Positions 12,728 to 27,468 of a stretch of 64,000 bases of DNA are shown piece after piece. The notes beneath the pieces are model-generated. The model saw nothing but the letters and a program-made list of their open reading frames with translations. It was not told where the DNA came from and did no database searches. Made by a program: the position numbers and the translations under genes. The first letter of the stretch is position 1. Each line of letters opens with the position of its first letter. This DNA is from Eledone cirrhosa. Lineage: Eukaryota. The DNA lies in assembly GCA_964016885.1 (NCBI GenBank), contig OZ024742.1:59272001-59336000 (forward strand), written 5' to 3'.

Positions 12728-13722
12728 TTGGTTGTATTAAATTTGTTATGGTAATTTGATATCAATATTTTGTCTTTCTACAATTAATATAAATAGACCC
12801 ACCGTACAAATTACAAAATCTCTGTTCATATATTGATTAATGAAACAGTTTCAATAGAAAAAGTAAATTTAAAAAAGCCTTCATTTTGTTGTTGTTTTAT
12901 GCTTTGTATCAGTTTGATATATACGTATGTGTATATTGTATTCGTTTTTTTTCGTCTTCTTTCCTATGATTTATGAAACCATCTGAATTCTGGAGATAAT
13001 TGTCTTTATTTCAGGAGATTTAACGAACCGTATAAATTTTGCCAATAATGTGAACGCAATGACAGAAACCAAACTTTCAATAAGTTCATTTGCACTTCTG
13101 TAATTTTGTTTGTTGTTCCCTCCTTTTTTGTTTCTTTAAAACAGACACCCGCCACACACCTCCACAGACATAAGTAGATGTTATTTCAAAAGGTTTTTTT
13201 TCCACGAAATAAATATTTCCTTTTAATCAATTATTCTGCTTAAATAGGACTGAATTCTTTGCAAGTAATATTATACACAAATTTGTGGTATTTCTACTAT
13301 ATGCACTGTAGATCAAGAAACTTTGCTAACACACACACACACACACACTGACACCCCCCCCCCCCCCCACACACACACATGCACACACATGCACACACAC
13401 ACAGACACACACACACGCACACACACAAAATAACCAACAACAAGCAGAAAAATATTAGCATTCCCCTCTCAAACATTTCTTGTATCTACGTTCCCTACAT
13501 TTACAATGTGGTTTCCACGCCATGGAGAATATTTAGCCTTAGGTGGTTGTTAACACTTTACATCCTGATTCGGTGGAAAATATCTAAAATATGTTTTGTT
13601 AATTGTGAAACCTCGCAGTATTAGAGTAAAGACTTTACTGTTTTACCGCTGTTTCTGTATTTGGGTACCCCACTCTTTTATGAAATACATACACACTCCA
13701 GACCTACATCATTGCATATCAT

Positions 13723-13814
13723 ATTGTTTCTACTTTTGGCACAAGGCCACAATTACCCAGTGCATTACTGGTACTTTATTTTATCGACCCCATAAGGATG
13801 AAAGGCAAAGTTAA
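13723..13814 (-). mobile_element. 5'-truncated SINE family A with 20-bp TSD
   Basis: Core and tail present. TSD cattgcatatcatattgttt at 13710-13729 and 13815-13834. Confidence 0.88.
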
Positions 13815-14089
13815 CATTGCATATCATATTGTTTGCAAATAAGGAGCCATTTGGCTTTCTAAGATGTGTGGACAACGGTGCCAGGGTCAGATAACTCTTT
13901 ATTTCTGTCTTTCTCTTCACAATTCTTGAACTGAAAGGACTTTATAATTATATAAATGCTTGATAATTATATAAATGCTAGATAAAATAGTACTATCTTC
14001 ACTTGTTTATTTACTTAGTATGTTTGGAGTAACATGGTATTTACAGGTACTCTAAGATCGCTGAAATCGATATTGTTAATGTTCCGCCT

Positions 14090-14290
14090 AAACTGTTGCA
14101 ATTTACATTATATTGGAAAGACATGAGCAGGAATGTAGTTCCAGAGAGTTGAAGTTCTAGGCAAGGAGGACTGGGTGTAGGAGTGAGAGTAGGGCAGTTA
14201 CAAAATAAGGATGAATGCGGGAGGAGAGACGAATGAGTGTAGATTCCTGGAGAGGCGGCGGCAGGAGACCAACATTTACTGAGGAGCAGA
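14090..14290 (-). mobile_element. CR1/Jockey-like LINE 3' fragment
   Basis: Minus strand reads LPRTSTLWNYIPAHVFP, which resembles CR1-group C-termini. Confidence 0.45.
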
Positions 14291-14332
14291 GAGAGAGTGT
14301 GTGTGAGAGAGAGAGAGAGGGAGGGATGGAGA

Positions 14333-14378
<46 letters not shown>

Positions 14379-14789
14379 TAGAGAGAGAGAGAGAGAGGAG
14401 ACGAAACGGGAAGAATTACATATTTAGAAATGGCCATACTTTCGAAATACTTTTGACGTGAAGCCTGGTTTCAGCGAAGTTTTAGTAAGTCGCTATAGGA
14501 TATATTTGATTATTTGGAAACAGCGTTTCTTTTACTTATCAAGCTGCGTTTATTGCTGCTTATTGGTAGAGAGATTTATAAAATCTTCCCTTAGATATAT
14601 CTCTTTGTCTTTGATGGAATACTGCACAGGAAAGTCAAATTTATCAGTTCTTTTTTTTTTAATTTATTGAAGAAATAACCTCCTAGTGGCGACAAAATTC
14701 TTTGATGTTGCTTTTCAGAAAACCCTGTTATTCTATTCTGACGTTTTTTGTTGTTGTTCGTTGTTGATAAGCCCTCATAAAATGAGCAG

Positions 14790-15290
<501 letters not shown>

Positions 15291-15467
15291 CTCACAGAAA
15301 CTGAGCAGTATATTCTAAACCATGAGATGAAGATTTAAAAACAATTGCAACATTTTCAGAGAACTTCAAAGATGTTATATGACAATAGATTCAAGGAAGG
15401 GGCGGGGCTTAAGTATTGGCGTAAAATTTCAAACATCGGTTTAGACATATTCATTGTTAATTCACCA

Positions 15468-15474
15468 TTTATTA

Positions 15475-15541
<67 letters not shown>

Positions 15542-15563
15542 TATTATTATTATTATTATTATT
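15468..15563. repeat. (ATT)n microsatellite
   Basis: Seen directly. Confidence 0.95.
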
Positions 15564-15978
15564 AGGCATTCGACAATGAATCTAATGTTATCTAATGTTG
15601 TTATATGTCGAATTGTAGGTTTGTGTAGGATGGAATAAGAATAATAGTCAGAATAATATTTTGAACGGCCTTTTTTCTTTTAATATTATTTTTAAATATA
15701 TTTTGTTATTAAATATGCCCACGCATTGCAAAATGGTTGCCAAGTTACGTATCAAGTTGTTGTAATGTTTTGTAAATGAGATACAAATCTTTGAAAGAGT
15801 AATGCAGTTTAATTGTCAAAGGGAGCTATATTTTTTGTACATCATTGATACATTGTATTAAACAAATCATGACATTTTATTTCATGTGAAAAAACAAAAC
15901 AATAAAGATTAAACAGCAAATCATGTTTTAAAACAGCAAACAGTTTTCTGAGTAATTATCCAACGTAATAACACGCAT

Positions 15979-16591
<613 letters not shown>

Positions 16592-17269
16592 AATATCTCT
16601 GCCCATTTCTCAATCTCTCGTTATTTGTTTCTCCTTCTCTTTCTAACTTTCTCACTCTTACGACTTTTCTAACACATCCTTTCTCCCTATTTGTCATTGA
16701 CACTCTTTTGTTTTCTTGGGAAAGAAAGAGAGATAGATAGATAGAGAAAGAGAGAAAAAGAGGGAGAAAGAGAGAAAGAGAGAGAGAGAGAGGGAGGGGG
16801 ATATAAAGTCTTATAGCGGGAGAAAGTGAGATGGTGATGATGTGTATTAGAATATGATTTTCATGACCAGAGAGAAAGAGAGAGATAAAAGAAGACTAAA
16901 AGCGATGAAGAAAATCAGTTTGACGTCACTAATGCTAGAAAAAGGTATAGAGAGATGGTGAAAGTGAGACACACGTCAAAAGATGAAGGCAGAATGAAAG
17001 AGAGGTTAGAGAAAGGGTAAGGGGGAGAGAAGAGGGGAGCGAAAGAAGGAGAGGGTAAAAATAACGATCTTTACAATAAAACAGACAGCATTAATAAAAT
17101 ATTTGTTTCTAATTTCCTTTACGAATTTCAGTGACCATTTATCCATACATCGAAGCATCCCCCTCTATTCTACTTCATCCATTGTCGGGGATTAAACTCT
17201 TGAGACCTTTCATCCCATTCTTTCGTTTAAGTCATGCATACGAACATCTTTTAAAATGCAGGTGGAACA

Positions 17270-17897
17270 GGATGATGGATTGGCAGAATCCGTTGAGCCT
17301 CGAATAAAATGCCATTGCTGTATTTGTTTTCGCTCTTTACAATCTGAGTTCAAATCCAGCCGAGGTCAACTTTTGGATTTTATCCTTCAGAGATCGTTCA
17401 AATAAAGTACTAAGTTAAATACTGGGGTTGATTTAATCAACTTCTCCGTTTCCCAAAATTGCTGCCCTTGTGCAAACATTAGAAATCAATATATGTGAAA
17501 CACTGTCAGCACACTTTTGGTTCACATTATCGGTCGATTGGCAGTATCGGTAGAGAGTCGGACGCCATGCTTTCCAGCATAGATACATCTCTTTACGGTC
17601 CGAGTTCAAATCCCACCGAGGTTAACTTTGTCTTTCATCCTTACGGGGTCTATAAAATAAAGTACCAGTAATGTACTGGGTAATTGCTGGCCTTGTGCCA
17701 AAAGTAGAAACAATTATTTCAGTATCGGTAGAGGGTCGGACGCCATGCTTTGCAGCAAAGAGTTACGGCCCTTGCCATTCTGAGTTCAAATACCTCCGAG
17801 GTTAACTTTGCCTTTCATCCTTACGGGGTCGATAAAATAAAGTACCAGTAATGGTACTCGTAATTGCTGGCCTTGTGCTCAAAAGTAGAAACAATTA
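17270..17897 (+). mobile_element. Cluster of three SINE family A copies (one old, two young in tandem)
   Basis: B box, core and tail at about 17270-17490, 17535-17716 and 17718-17897. Confidence 0.88.
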
Positions 17898-18316
17898 TTT
17901 ATCACACAAACACATTTTCCCCGTTAAATATTAGAAGTATTCAATAATATAATGAAAGTAACGAGTGGTGTTGCAATGTATAGTATGGAGATACATGTTA
18001 TGTATTTTTTTAATATGTATGCTATACTTTATGTTAAAGTTCTGTTGATAATCATTTGTGTGTGTGTTTGCATTTCTATACAGGTTTGTCAGACTGTGTT
18101 AGAGGTAGCGGGTTACGCTACTTTTAAGATTTGCTGGCTAAAATTCTACTTTTTCCATTTGGATCGTTCGTTATTTTATAATTATGATTTTTAACTTTTT
18201 GGTACCAGAACTCATGAATATAAAACTTAATTTTAAAGTGTTTATATTTATCTAAAAATATACCATCATGATCGGAAAACCAACTCAATAGCAATAAGTG
18301 TTGTTGTATTACTGTA

Positions 18317-18625
18317 TCAAATCCCGCCGAGGTTAACTTTGCCTTCGGGGTCGATAAAATAAAGTACCAGTAATGTACTGGGTATTTGCTGGCCTTGTGC
18401 CAAAAGTAGAAACACTTATTATATCTTGTGGATGGGTTGATATAATTGTTAGAGCGTTAAAATAATGCTTTGCAGTATTTAGTTCCATCTCTTTAAATTC
18501 TCAATTCAGAGATCAGCATTGTCTTTCATCTTTCTAGGGTTGATCAAATAAAATAGATACCAGTATAATGGTTGGGTAGTAACCTACTCTGTGAAAATTC
18601 TGGCCATGTGTTTATTTAAGAAACA
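18317..18625 (+). mobile_element. Truncated SINE family A followed by an older degenerate copy
   Basis: tcaaatcccgccgagg...ggccttgtgccaaaagtagaaac, then a diverged core gtctttcatctttctagggttgatc. Confidence 0.75.
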
Positions 18626-19069
18626 AAGTTATAGTCAATTTAGTTTTTACCAAAATATGATCAGGATCGATTTCAACTAAACTACATATATGGGACCCAC
18701 TAGCCATATATTTACCAATTTAAAATATATATAGATTACAGACGGAGTCTGTCTAAACGAAGCAGCAAAATACGTCAATAAAGTTAACAAACCCATCTTT
18801 CGGAAATAATCATATCTGTTTTATATTATCCTGACGATATGTTGAAGTAAATTGGTTCGTTGCCAACAACGAAACAAAAATGTTTGTTTGGTTTTTCTCT
18901 AAGAGCAATGGAACAAAGTAATGTGATATTTTGGCTTTCATTACAGACGTAAAGAAAGAAGCAAAATTTTTGTCTAACCGAGAATCAAAATTAGGTCACG
19001 TCGATCTCGTTTAACCAACGAAGAGATAAATTATCTTTACGGTAATTACTGCAGTACACACTCACACAC

Positions 19070-19107
<38 letters not shown>

Positions 19108-19201
19108 GTACACATACACACGCACACAAGAGTTTGTCTCTGGCAATTGGTGAATGAAATTTCAATCTTGATATATATGGACAGTGAACCTATAATATAT
19201 C

Positions 19202-19286
<85 letters not shown>

Positions 19287-19329
19287 CGCACACACACAAC
19301 ACACACACACACATATATATCCAATACAA

Positions 19330-19649
19330 TACAGAGTCTTCTCACTCGTGTTGGAGGAACTCCTCCCTGCATGATATTCACAGTTTTCTGTTCGGTTTTG
19401 ATCATGCTAGGGATTTAACCAATTGTTGGTTTTTGAGGCTATTTAACCCATATTCGGGGTGGATGGCCGTTGACTTCGAGGATTTCATCCCCCTTTTAAC
19501 ATCTCTTGTTTTTGTGTTGCAGGAGTTCCAACAACCCTCCTGACCAGACAGGGTCTTCTAAGAGAACCGGTTTAGTTGCGATTATTCGACCACAAAGCAC
19601 GTTGTACTGGGTCACGCGGTACCAGTAGCAGGTAGAAGCATGAGATGAC
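19330..19649 (-). mobile_element. RTE-like LINE 5' leader fragment (paralog of 22811-23410)
   Basis: Reverse complement shares tgctactggta..cccagtacaac..tggtcg..ctaaac..ggagggt..aaaaacaa..gtcaa.gccatcc with the 22811 copy. Confidence 0.55.
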
Positions 19650-19661
19650 ATACACACATAT

Positions 19662-20120
19662 AATAATTGTTTCTACTTTTGGCACAAGGCCAGCAATTAC
19701 CCAGTATATTACTGGTACTTTATTTTATCGACCCCGTAAGGATGAAAGGCAAAGTTAACCTCGGCGGGATTTGAACTCAGAATGGAAAGGGCCGTAACTC
19801 TATGCGTCATAGCATGGCGCCCGATCCTCTACCGATACTGCCAATTCACCGCCCTCACATACACACATATAATAATAATAATGATCATAAAGGGCCGTAA
19901 CTCTATGGTGCAAAGCATGGTGTCCTTTAATAATGATTTCTAGTATAGACACAAGGCCAGTAATGTTAGGGGAGGGGAAAGTCGATTAAATCGACCCCAG
20001 TACGTTACTGGTGCTTTATTTTATCGACCCCGTAAGGATGAAAGGAAAAGTTAACCTCGGCGGGATTTGAACTCAGATCATAAAGAGCCGCAACTCTATG
20101 CTGCAAAGCATGGTGTCCTT
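19662..20120 (-). mobile_element. Two SINE family A copies
   Basis: Copy at 19662-19855 has 20-bp TSD acatacacacatataataat (19648-19667, 19857-19876). Second copy at about 19935-20120. Confidence 0.88.
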
Positions 20121-20122
20121 TA

Positions 20123-20153
<31 letters not shown>

Positions 20154-20157
20154 CGAT

Positions 20158-20530
20158 GATTTCTTTATTAGCCACACAGGGCTCACATTAAGGAGACATT
20201 AAAGGCAGTACAGGACGATACAATGTTGGGGGATTTTTTGTGTAAAATAAAATTTATAACAGGTTAAGAAAATAAACATTTTAAAAAAGAAACAACATAT
20301 CCCCAAAGGTGAGGAGACTCCAAGAGTTACTCGTAGAGAAAGCCCACTAAAACCACGGTCACTCTGACTGCTAGGGCAAGAGCGCTCTCCCAGTTGTGCT
20401 CCCTCAATACTACAGGCACATACTCAGGGTAGGCCCATTCACACTGGCCATTCTTACGTCTCCCACCCACCTTTCAACAAACTGGCTGGAAAGCAACCCT
20501 TCCCTCTCTACCCTGTTTTCCTTTTCAAAT
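20158..20530 (-). mobile_element. 5'-truncated Tx1-like LINE 3' end (diverged paralog of 5010-5640)
   Basis: Collinear similarity with 5010-5640. Abuts a (TAA)n/(TGA)n tract. Confidence 0.8.
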
Positions 20531-20769
20531 CCAGGAATTCTGGAGGATTTTAAGACATTTTTATTCGTCTAAAACTTGTTTCAATAAGTAAAGTGCGAAG
20601 GAATATGCCAAATCGAAGAATTAGATTAAGGAAAATTAAAGTATATAGGAATAAATCCATATACTAAGATGTAAGCATAAACCAAATAACCTACAAAAAC
20701 ACACACACACACACACACAGACACACGTACGCGCCCACACACACACACGTACACACACATGTTTGGTGT

Positions 20770-21140
20770 TGGTCCTTCGTCGCTTCCAACGACGCATGTT
20801 GCAGTTGATTTAATTCAATCAACGAAACTGCCCGCTTGTGAAATGAAGGTATAAGTGGCTGAAATGAACGTATAAGACGATGGTAAATGTTCATGACTAT
20901 TTACTAGAATGGGCACTTTTAACGATAGATCTCAGGGAGATTCTGTGTAACACACTGCTGGACAAAGCAGGCCACTTGATGTTCAGGTACAACTTATTTT
21001 TGCCAGCTGAGTGGACTGGAACAATGTGAAATGAAGTGACCTGCTGAAGGACACAAACCATGCCCCCGGTCAGGGAATCGAGCTCACAAACTTACAATTC
21101 TGAACTGAACACCATAACCATTACGCCACGTGCCTTCATA
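20770..21140 (-). mobile_element. tRNA-derived CORE-like SINE, family B
   Basis: tttgccagctgagtggactggaacaatgtgaaatgaagtg..aaggacaca and ggaatcgagctc (B-box complement). Confidence 0.75.
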
Positions 21141-21649
21141 CACATACAAACACACTCACATGGTTTTAAAATTCCTATGTATTGTGTAAATCTGTCTCGT
21201 TTTTATTGAAATGTGAATTTCTTTTTAGCTATTTTCGTTCTAATTCATTTATTATAAAATATATAGCATTCATATGTTCTATATTAGCTACTAGCGATTA
21301 ACGATTATTGTCTAAAATATCATGGCGCTGTTTTCCCTAGTATGCCGTCAATCTTTGTTTATTGTGTAACAAAAGGTTGATTGTCTAACAAAATTGTGGT
21401 GTTTGCTATAAACAGAGATTATATAACACAAGTCGATGATAGCGTGCTTTGATTTCCATCATTCGTGAGGCGCTCCAGCTGTTTTCACCGCATATTATTT
21501 CTCGCCTATTATATCAAGGGAACAATTACCCTCTTCATTTAACAAATCCTAAGACGATTTTGCGTAATTGGTGGAAGATTTAGCTCATATCAAGTAGTTT
21601 GCGGAAGATTTTGGTTATATTTGTGGCAGGTTTACTGACCGCATCATTG

Positions 21650-21800
21650 CAGTGAATTGGCAGAGTCATTAGGGCGTCGGATTCAAAATGCTTCAGTATT
21701 TATTCCAGATTACAGTGCTATAAGTTCAAATCGCACCAAGGTCAACTTTGCCTTTCATTCTTTCAAGGTTGATAAAGAAATTATATATGAAGTACTGGGC
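21650..21800 (+). mobile_element. Old SINE family A copy
   Basis: aagttcaaatcgcaccaaggtcaactttgcctttcattc. Confidence 0.65.
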
Positions 21801-21967
21801 TCGATTCTTCTTCGTATTCCACTAACTCTCCTTATCACTTTCTCCCTCTCTTTCTTTGTTATGAGACTTGACATCCGTCTTGTAATGCTGCTTAAAACAA
21901 TTTACGTTGTATATTAAAGAGGGATATTTAACGGAACGGTTCAATAAATCAATGCTCTCTTCCTTCA

Positions 21968-22180
21968 ACACCATATGCGGGCTCTCAGCTGGACACCAGT
22001 ATTGTATTACGGATCCTTCTTTACACAGCTACTGCAAACAACAGACGAATATGCTCAGAAGACCAGTTTAGTTGATCGATGGTCCCTTTTCTTTCCACAC
22101 CACATGGTGGCTCTCGGCTGAGTACCAGTGTTGTATTACGGACAGTCCTTTACACAGTTACAGCAAACGACTGAACAATA
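21968..22180. repeat. Diverged tandem duplication, period about 130 bp
   Basis: caccatatgcgggctctcagctg..tttacacagctactgcaaac recurs as caccacatggtggctctcggctg..tttacacagttacagcaaac. Confidence 0.7.
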
Positions 22181-22686
22181 ACATGAGAAGGCCAAGGCAA
22201 TGTGTGTAAGCCTTCTATGAGACACCATTGTGAGATGGAGACGTTTTTGGATCGCGACATTCTCCCAAACATCCTGTCCCCTATGCTTGTTATATTTTAT
22301 AAGTTGAGTTGGACTTCAGGCTCTTTTGGAAACAATGAATCAGTGTTTAGGACTAAGGTGAAGTTCGACGGATTCAAGTTGTCATTGTGTAAATAACTCA
22401 CAAATTCATTGTTGGATATATTTAATGTCACCTTTATTATAATCAAATGAGATTCTAGCGAACCTAAAAAGGTTCCAAATAAAGGATCCATGGCATTTTC
22501 ACCTTCTTCCTCTTTCCCTGTAGGCGTTCACCACTCTTTGGGTACAGAATATGTCTCTTATCCCTTTTATCATATCCAGTGGCGATTGGATGATTTCCAT
22601 GACTTGTATGGAATTTGTATCGAGTTAAATAGTCTGTGTATACGAAAAAAAAAACATACATACACTCATATGAATTCTTATATATA

Positions 22687-22786
<100 letters not shown>

Positions 22787-22810
22787 ATATGTATATATAT
22801 ATATATACAT

Positions 22811-23410
22811 GTCAGGTCACCAGTTGGTGCTACTGGTAACATGTATCCCAGTACAACCTGTCTCATGGTCGGGTCGTTGGCGACTAAACTGGCAACCCCA
22901 CCAAGGTTTCTTGGTGAGGAGGGTGACTTTGGACATCCTGCAGGACTAAAAACAAAACCTGTCAAAGGGCAAGGGAGCTCTTAAGAGTCAATAGCCATCC
23001 AAAATCACCGGGAGAGATGACCCCTTAGCCTTTGTCAAGGCAGAATTCTAGGAGAAGGAAAACTCTGATATAACACCTGCAACCCTGATGGTATCCAATG
23101 ATGTTGACTTGTTCTTCTTTTTGGTAAATATCATCTTGGTTAAGAGAGTGGGACTGGCTTTGTGCAGTGCCTTTGCTCACTATAAAAGCTTCACAGCACA
23201 GGCATTGCTTTATATCTGGAGATCTCTCTGCACTTGTCGTCACATGGTACCATGGGCCCAACACTATGTGTCAATAATGGTCACAAGTGTAGTCTATGTA
23301 CCAGAGTTTTCAAGTCGCTGGCTAGACTAAAAAGTCACATTCGTTCAGCGCATCGGTAGGGGTTCTCCTACATGGATATAAAGTAGTGGCCGTACTCGAA
23401 AACGAGTTGG
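22811..23410 (+). mobile_element. RTE-like LINE 5' UTR/leader inserted in (TA)n
   Basis: ctaggagaaggaaaactctga motif, recalled as typical of RTE 5' UTRs. Paralog at 19330-19649. No ORF follows. Confidence 0.55.
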
Positions 23411-23511
23411 CAGCCACCATATATATATACATACATATGTATATATGTATATATATATATATATATATGTACCTTGTAAACACACACACGCATACACACA
23501 TGTATATATAT

Positions 23512-23567
<56 letters not shown>

Positions 23568-24420
23568 GTGTGTGTGTGTGTGTACGCATATATTTGCAAA
23601 AGGATATCTAGAAACATATATGCATATATGTTTGTGTACATGAAATGTCCAATTTTCAGCTTAACATATCTTCTAATGAATATGAATAATTTACTAAGTG
23701 CTGAAGAGCTGAAGAGTTACAAGTAAATGTGTTTGCGAGACAGAGTACAAGGAATCTATAACGACAATATACGGAAAAAAAACAAGAAAAAAACAAAACA
23801 AAAAAAAAACATACCAAACAAAGTAAAAACAAAAGAAACCAAATACAAACAAAAGTATATATCGAAATACTTACTATGAATTATTCTTTTCAGCCTGTCA
23901 AACTAATCAAGATAAATTTTGTTCGAATTAAATTGAAAGCCCCCCCCCCCCCCACGACTGTCCAATATAATAAATAAAAGAATGCGCGAGAGGACGCAAC
24001 AATACATCTATCTATCTTGTCTTGCGTTATCGACCAATCAATATATTATAGGCTGTGAAAGCAAGGGATATTTTGATATCAAGATTACAATAGGAGAAAA
24101 TATTAAAAAAGAGAAAAGAAAATTATATATCTATATATGAATATCAGCGTCAAACCATCAATAATAATATATATGGCAAAACTAAATAAATGAATATAAA
24201 ATTAATAACAAATAAACTAAAGATAAAATATAGCAGCAGAAACAACAGTAATAATGACAATAGCACCTTCGTCCGAAAAGTATTTCAAAAATGTTGCCTG
24301 GATAAGAATCTGAAGAATGTGTAGAAACTTGTTAGACTTATCAAAAGTGAGTATTAAATGTCCGTATGGAAATTAAACGTTACCCGATAAGGACTTTATG
24401 AAAATAAAGCAACACGTTGA

Positions 24421-24463
<43 letters not shown>

Positions 24464-24849
24464 GTATACATATGTACAAGCACACATACACGCACACACA
24501 TGTATATATATATATATATATAAGAATTGACGAGAGATTAGACGATGAGAAATGTTCATGACTATTAAAAACAGACAACAAAGAACAAAAAGAAAACTCC
24601 AAGAACGAGAAAGGCTCGTCTTCAGATATAAATTGAATATCTTTGATACCAACACACGCACACACGGACACATAGAGGCACACACTCACACACACACACA
24701 CAGATATATAAACTTACTTCATTTACGAGAGATATTTAATAATTAGAAATGCACAACAACACAAAAGTTATCGGTACGTATGATTATTATATCTATGAGA
24801 ATTAAATAAATATCATCGGTCACATATCCCCATTCCTGAACGTTCGATC

Positions 24850-25950
24850 TATAGAGATCAACAGCTGTTCGGTGGCAGTTCTGGCAGGACTAGAAGTGCC
24901 AGGCATTCCTGGAGCCAGGGAGCAGAGATTCTGAAGAGCTGAGAGAGTGCTTGTGTTCTACGTTAGTAAGTTGTCTGCACCACAGGGACAGGCGCTGACT
25001 AGAAGCTCTGTTGTTTAATGGTTCGACTGAGTGTAGAAAGATGTGTCTTGACATCAGCCTCTTTGTCATTGGTTCACAGCCGTGGAGTAGATGACGAGGG
25101 TCAGTTTCTTGCTTCAACTTCTCAAGTTGGGAGTGGGGAGCAATGTCTCTTAGCAAGTAGAGGTCATCCACGTTGGTTGGCTTGAGACACCCAGTGATTG
25201 GTCTGCAAGAGGCGTTTAAGGCAGGCCCGATTTTCTTTGCATGTGATGATCAGCTTCCCACAGGTGAATAGCAAAGGGCTAGAGCTGTATTGCAGATTGA
25301 ACCGGTATGAGCACCCCATTTGGTGTTAGCCAGCTTCTTTAGGATGTTGTTCCTTAATCCGACGTAGGCTTTAGTCTTTGCAATATGGACCGTGAGCCGG
25401 TCCAGAATGACCCAAGCTAGATAGGGCTGGAAGGGAACTCTAACCCTTTTCCATACGAGTTGATATTGAGCTAGCAGTTAGCATCCTGTTCCCTAGGTGG
25501 AAGGCACTGATTTGGATCTAATCAGGGTTGGCTCGAGGTGGTTGACAACATAATATGGGATAAGGCCGTCCAGAACAGTGGTGAGTGAGGTCTCACCTTT
25601 ACGAAAGATTGCTTCTGGGGTGTAATGCAGATATCTGCATAGAGGAAGCTCCTAGTATTTGGATAGATGTGCTGATCATTTGAGGAGGCCAATCTTCTGT
25701 GACATCAATCAGCTGCGTTTCTCGCGAGGTCCACAAAGAATCGTCTGTTCGACAACATTTTCTTGACGAGGAGAGTGAGTTTCAAGCCCCAGATCTCTAA
25801 CAGCTTCTCCGTCAGGATTCTGAGGTTGACAATGTCATATGCTGCAGAGATGGATGTCAACGAATACAGTCCCTGTGATCCCACCCTTCTCCAAACCATC
25901 CTTGATGAATTGTGTCAGGTAGCTCGTCCATAAGGAAGCGTGCTTGTTCC
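24850..25950 (-). mobile_element. Decayed Vingi/Ingi-like LINE RT and thumb fragment
   Basis: Minus strand: SAAYDIVN..L; RNNILKKLANTKWGA; ALAL; ITGCLKPTNVDDLYLLRDIAP. Confidence 0.7.
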
Positions 25951-25969
25951 CTCCTCATATATATATATA

Positions 25970-26190
25970 GTAATAATAATAAATTTCAAGACTAAAATCC
26001 AAAGAAGGCTCGATAAGGGCAAATATATATCAGATATATAAGAACCGTAGAGCAAATATTTATTAAAATAACAGATTAAAGTTTACGCAAAGAATCGCTG
26101 CTTTCATCCTTAACGGGATCTTCAGAAACTAAAAAAGTGCATCTGTAAACGCAGAAGTAAATATTTCAAAAAACGTTGCAACTGAAGGAA
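25970..26190. mobile_element. Short non-coding interspersed repeat (other copies about 37240-37360 and 55475-55595)
   Basis: aaataacagattaaa..gcaaagaatcgctgctttcatccttaacgggatcttc is shared by three loci. Confidence 0.75.
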
Positions 26191-26277
26191 GACAGATATA
26201 TTTATATAAATATATAAATAAATGCACACACACACATGCACACACACATACACACACACACATACACATACACATGC

Positions 26278-26386
<109 letters not shown>

Positions 26387-26779
26387 AGCGTGTGTGAGTA
26401 AATATATACGCACGGCATGATTGTCTGGCTAAGGAGCTGTAATTAAAGAAATACTGAATAATGTACTACACTAATAAAGACAGTGGCGGGGTTGACAGCA
26501 ATGATTTTGATCCAAGAAACTCTAGCTATGTAAAAGCTTCACCTTGAAATGTATTAAACAGAATGACTCGCGTCCTTTGTTCACTATGTAACGATTACAA
26601 ATACAGCACGATCAAACATCGAGAATGGAGAAACAACGCACATTTGAGAAAGCGAGAGAAGAAAACAACCTTTCGCAAGTAAAAGATCAATATCTACTTC
26701 ACACATATTAAACAAAGTTATCCAGGCATTTTCCTAACATCAAACATTTGACGATTTAAAAAAAGAGATGTATCTGAAA

Positions 26780-27020
26780 TATTATATGTGGGAAATATGG
26801 ATGAGAAATATTCTAAATGTGGTGTATTGAGGTGATTAGAGGAAAAATCTTTAGGATCTTCCAGAGTAATCTCCCGTTATGCTGTGATAAATGCCAGGTT
26901 CATTTGACACCCATTCCCATTTCGCCTCTTGTACTTAAAAAAACCGTTAACTTAAACTACTGATAAGATCGTTAAATTTATATCTAATATTTGGGATTAC
27001 AATTCATTCTTTAGGTTGCG
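26780..27020 (+). mobile_element. Helitron RepHel N-terminal remnant
   Basis: Reads approximately GNMDEK.SKCG.L..LEE...LCCDK.QVHL...FISNI.DYNSFF, matching the CxxC...CC motif of Helitron N-termini. Confidence 0.5.
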
Positions 27021-27111
27021 CGTTCTTAGACAAAATCAGCACTAAATAAATCAATCATAATCCATTAAGAGTACTAGCAGAAAAAACACCCTTTGGGTGG
27101 TTTTCTGGTAG

Positions 27112-27468
27112 CATGTGTAGTGTGTATATTGATATTATACGCAAGTGTATATACATGTAGATATGATACGTCAAATAAAATCGTAATTGACAATATACAC
27201 AGAAATTGAACGAAGACTGTGTTGCACTGTCTTCTGTAATCAGTAACGTAATCCATGATACATTAAAAAAAGACGATATTATATATCTGCTAACATGTGC
27301 AGTGTGTATATTGATATTATACGCAAGTATATATACATGTAGATATGATACATCAAATAAAATAGTAATTGACAATATATACAGAAATTGAACGAAGACT
27401 GTGTTACACTGTCTTATGTAATCAGTAACGCAATCATTGACACATTAAAAAAAAGACGATATTATATA
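27112..27468. repeat. Tandem duplication, unit about 182 bp
   Basis: catgtgtagtgtgtatattgat... restarts at about 27294. Confidence 0.9.

Noticed and set aside
18825-18890. CTGACGA..GAAA hammerhead-like core
   Set aside because: Stems II and III are plausible but no stem I pairing.
22464-22661. FHTSHG segment reminiscent of a DNA-transposase motif
   Set aside because: Too short and unsupported by other motifs or TIRs.
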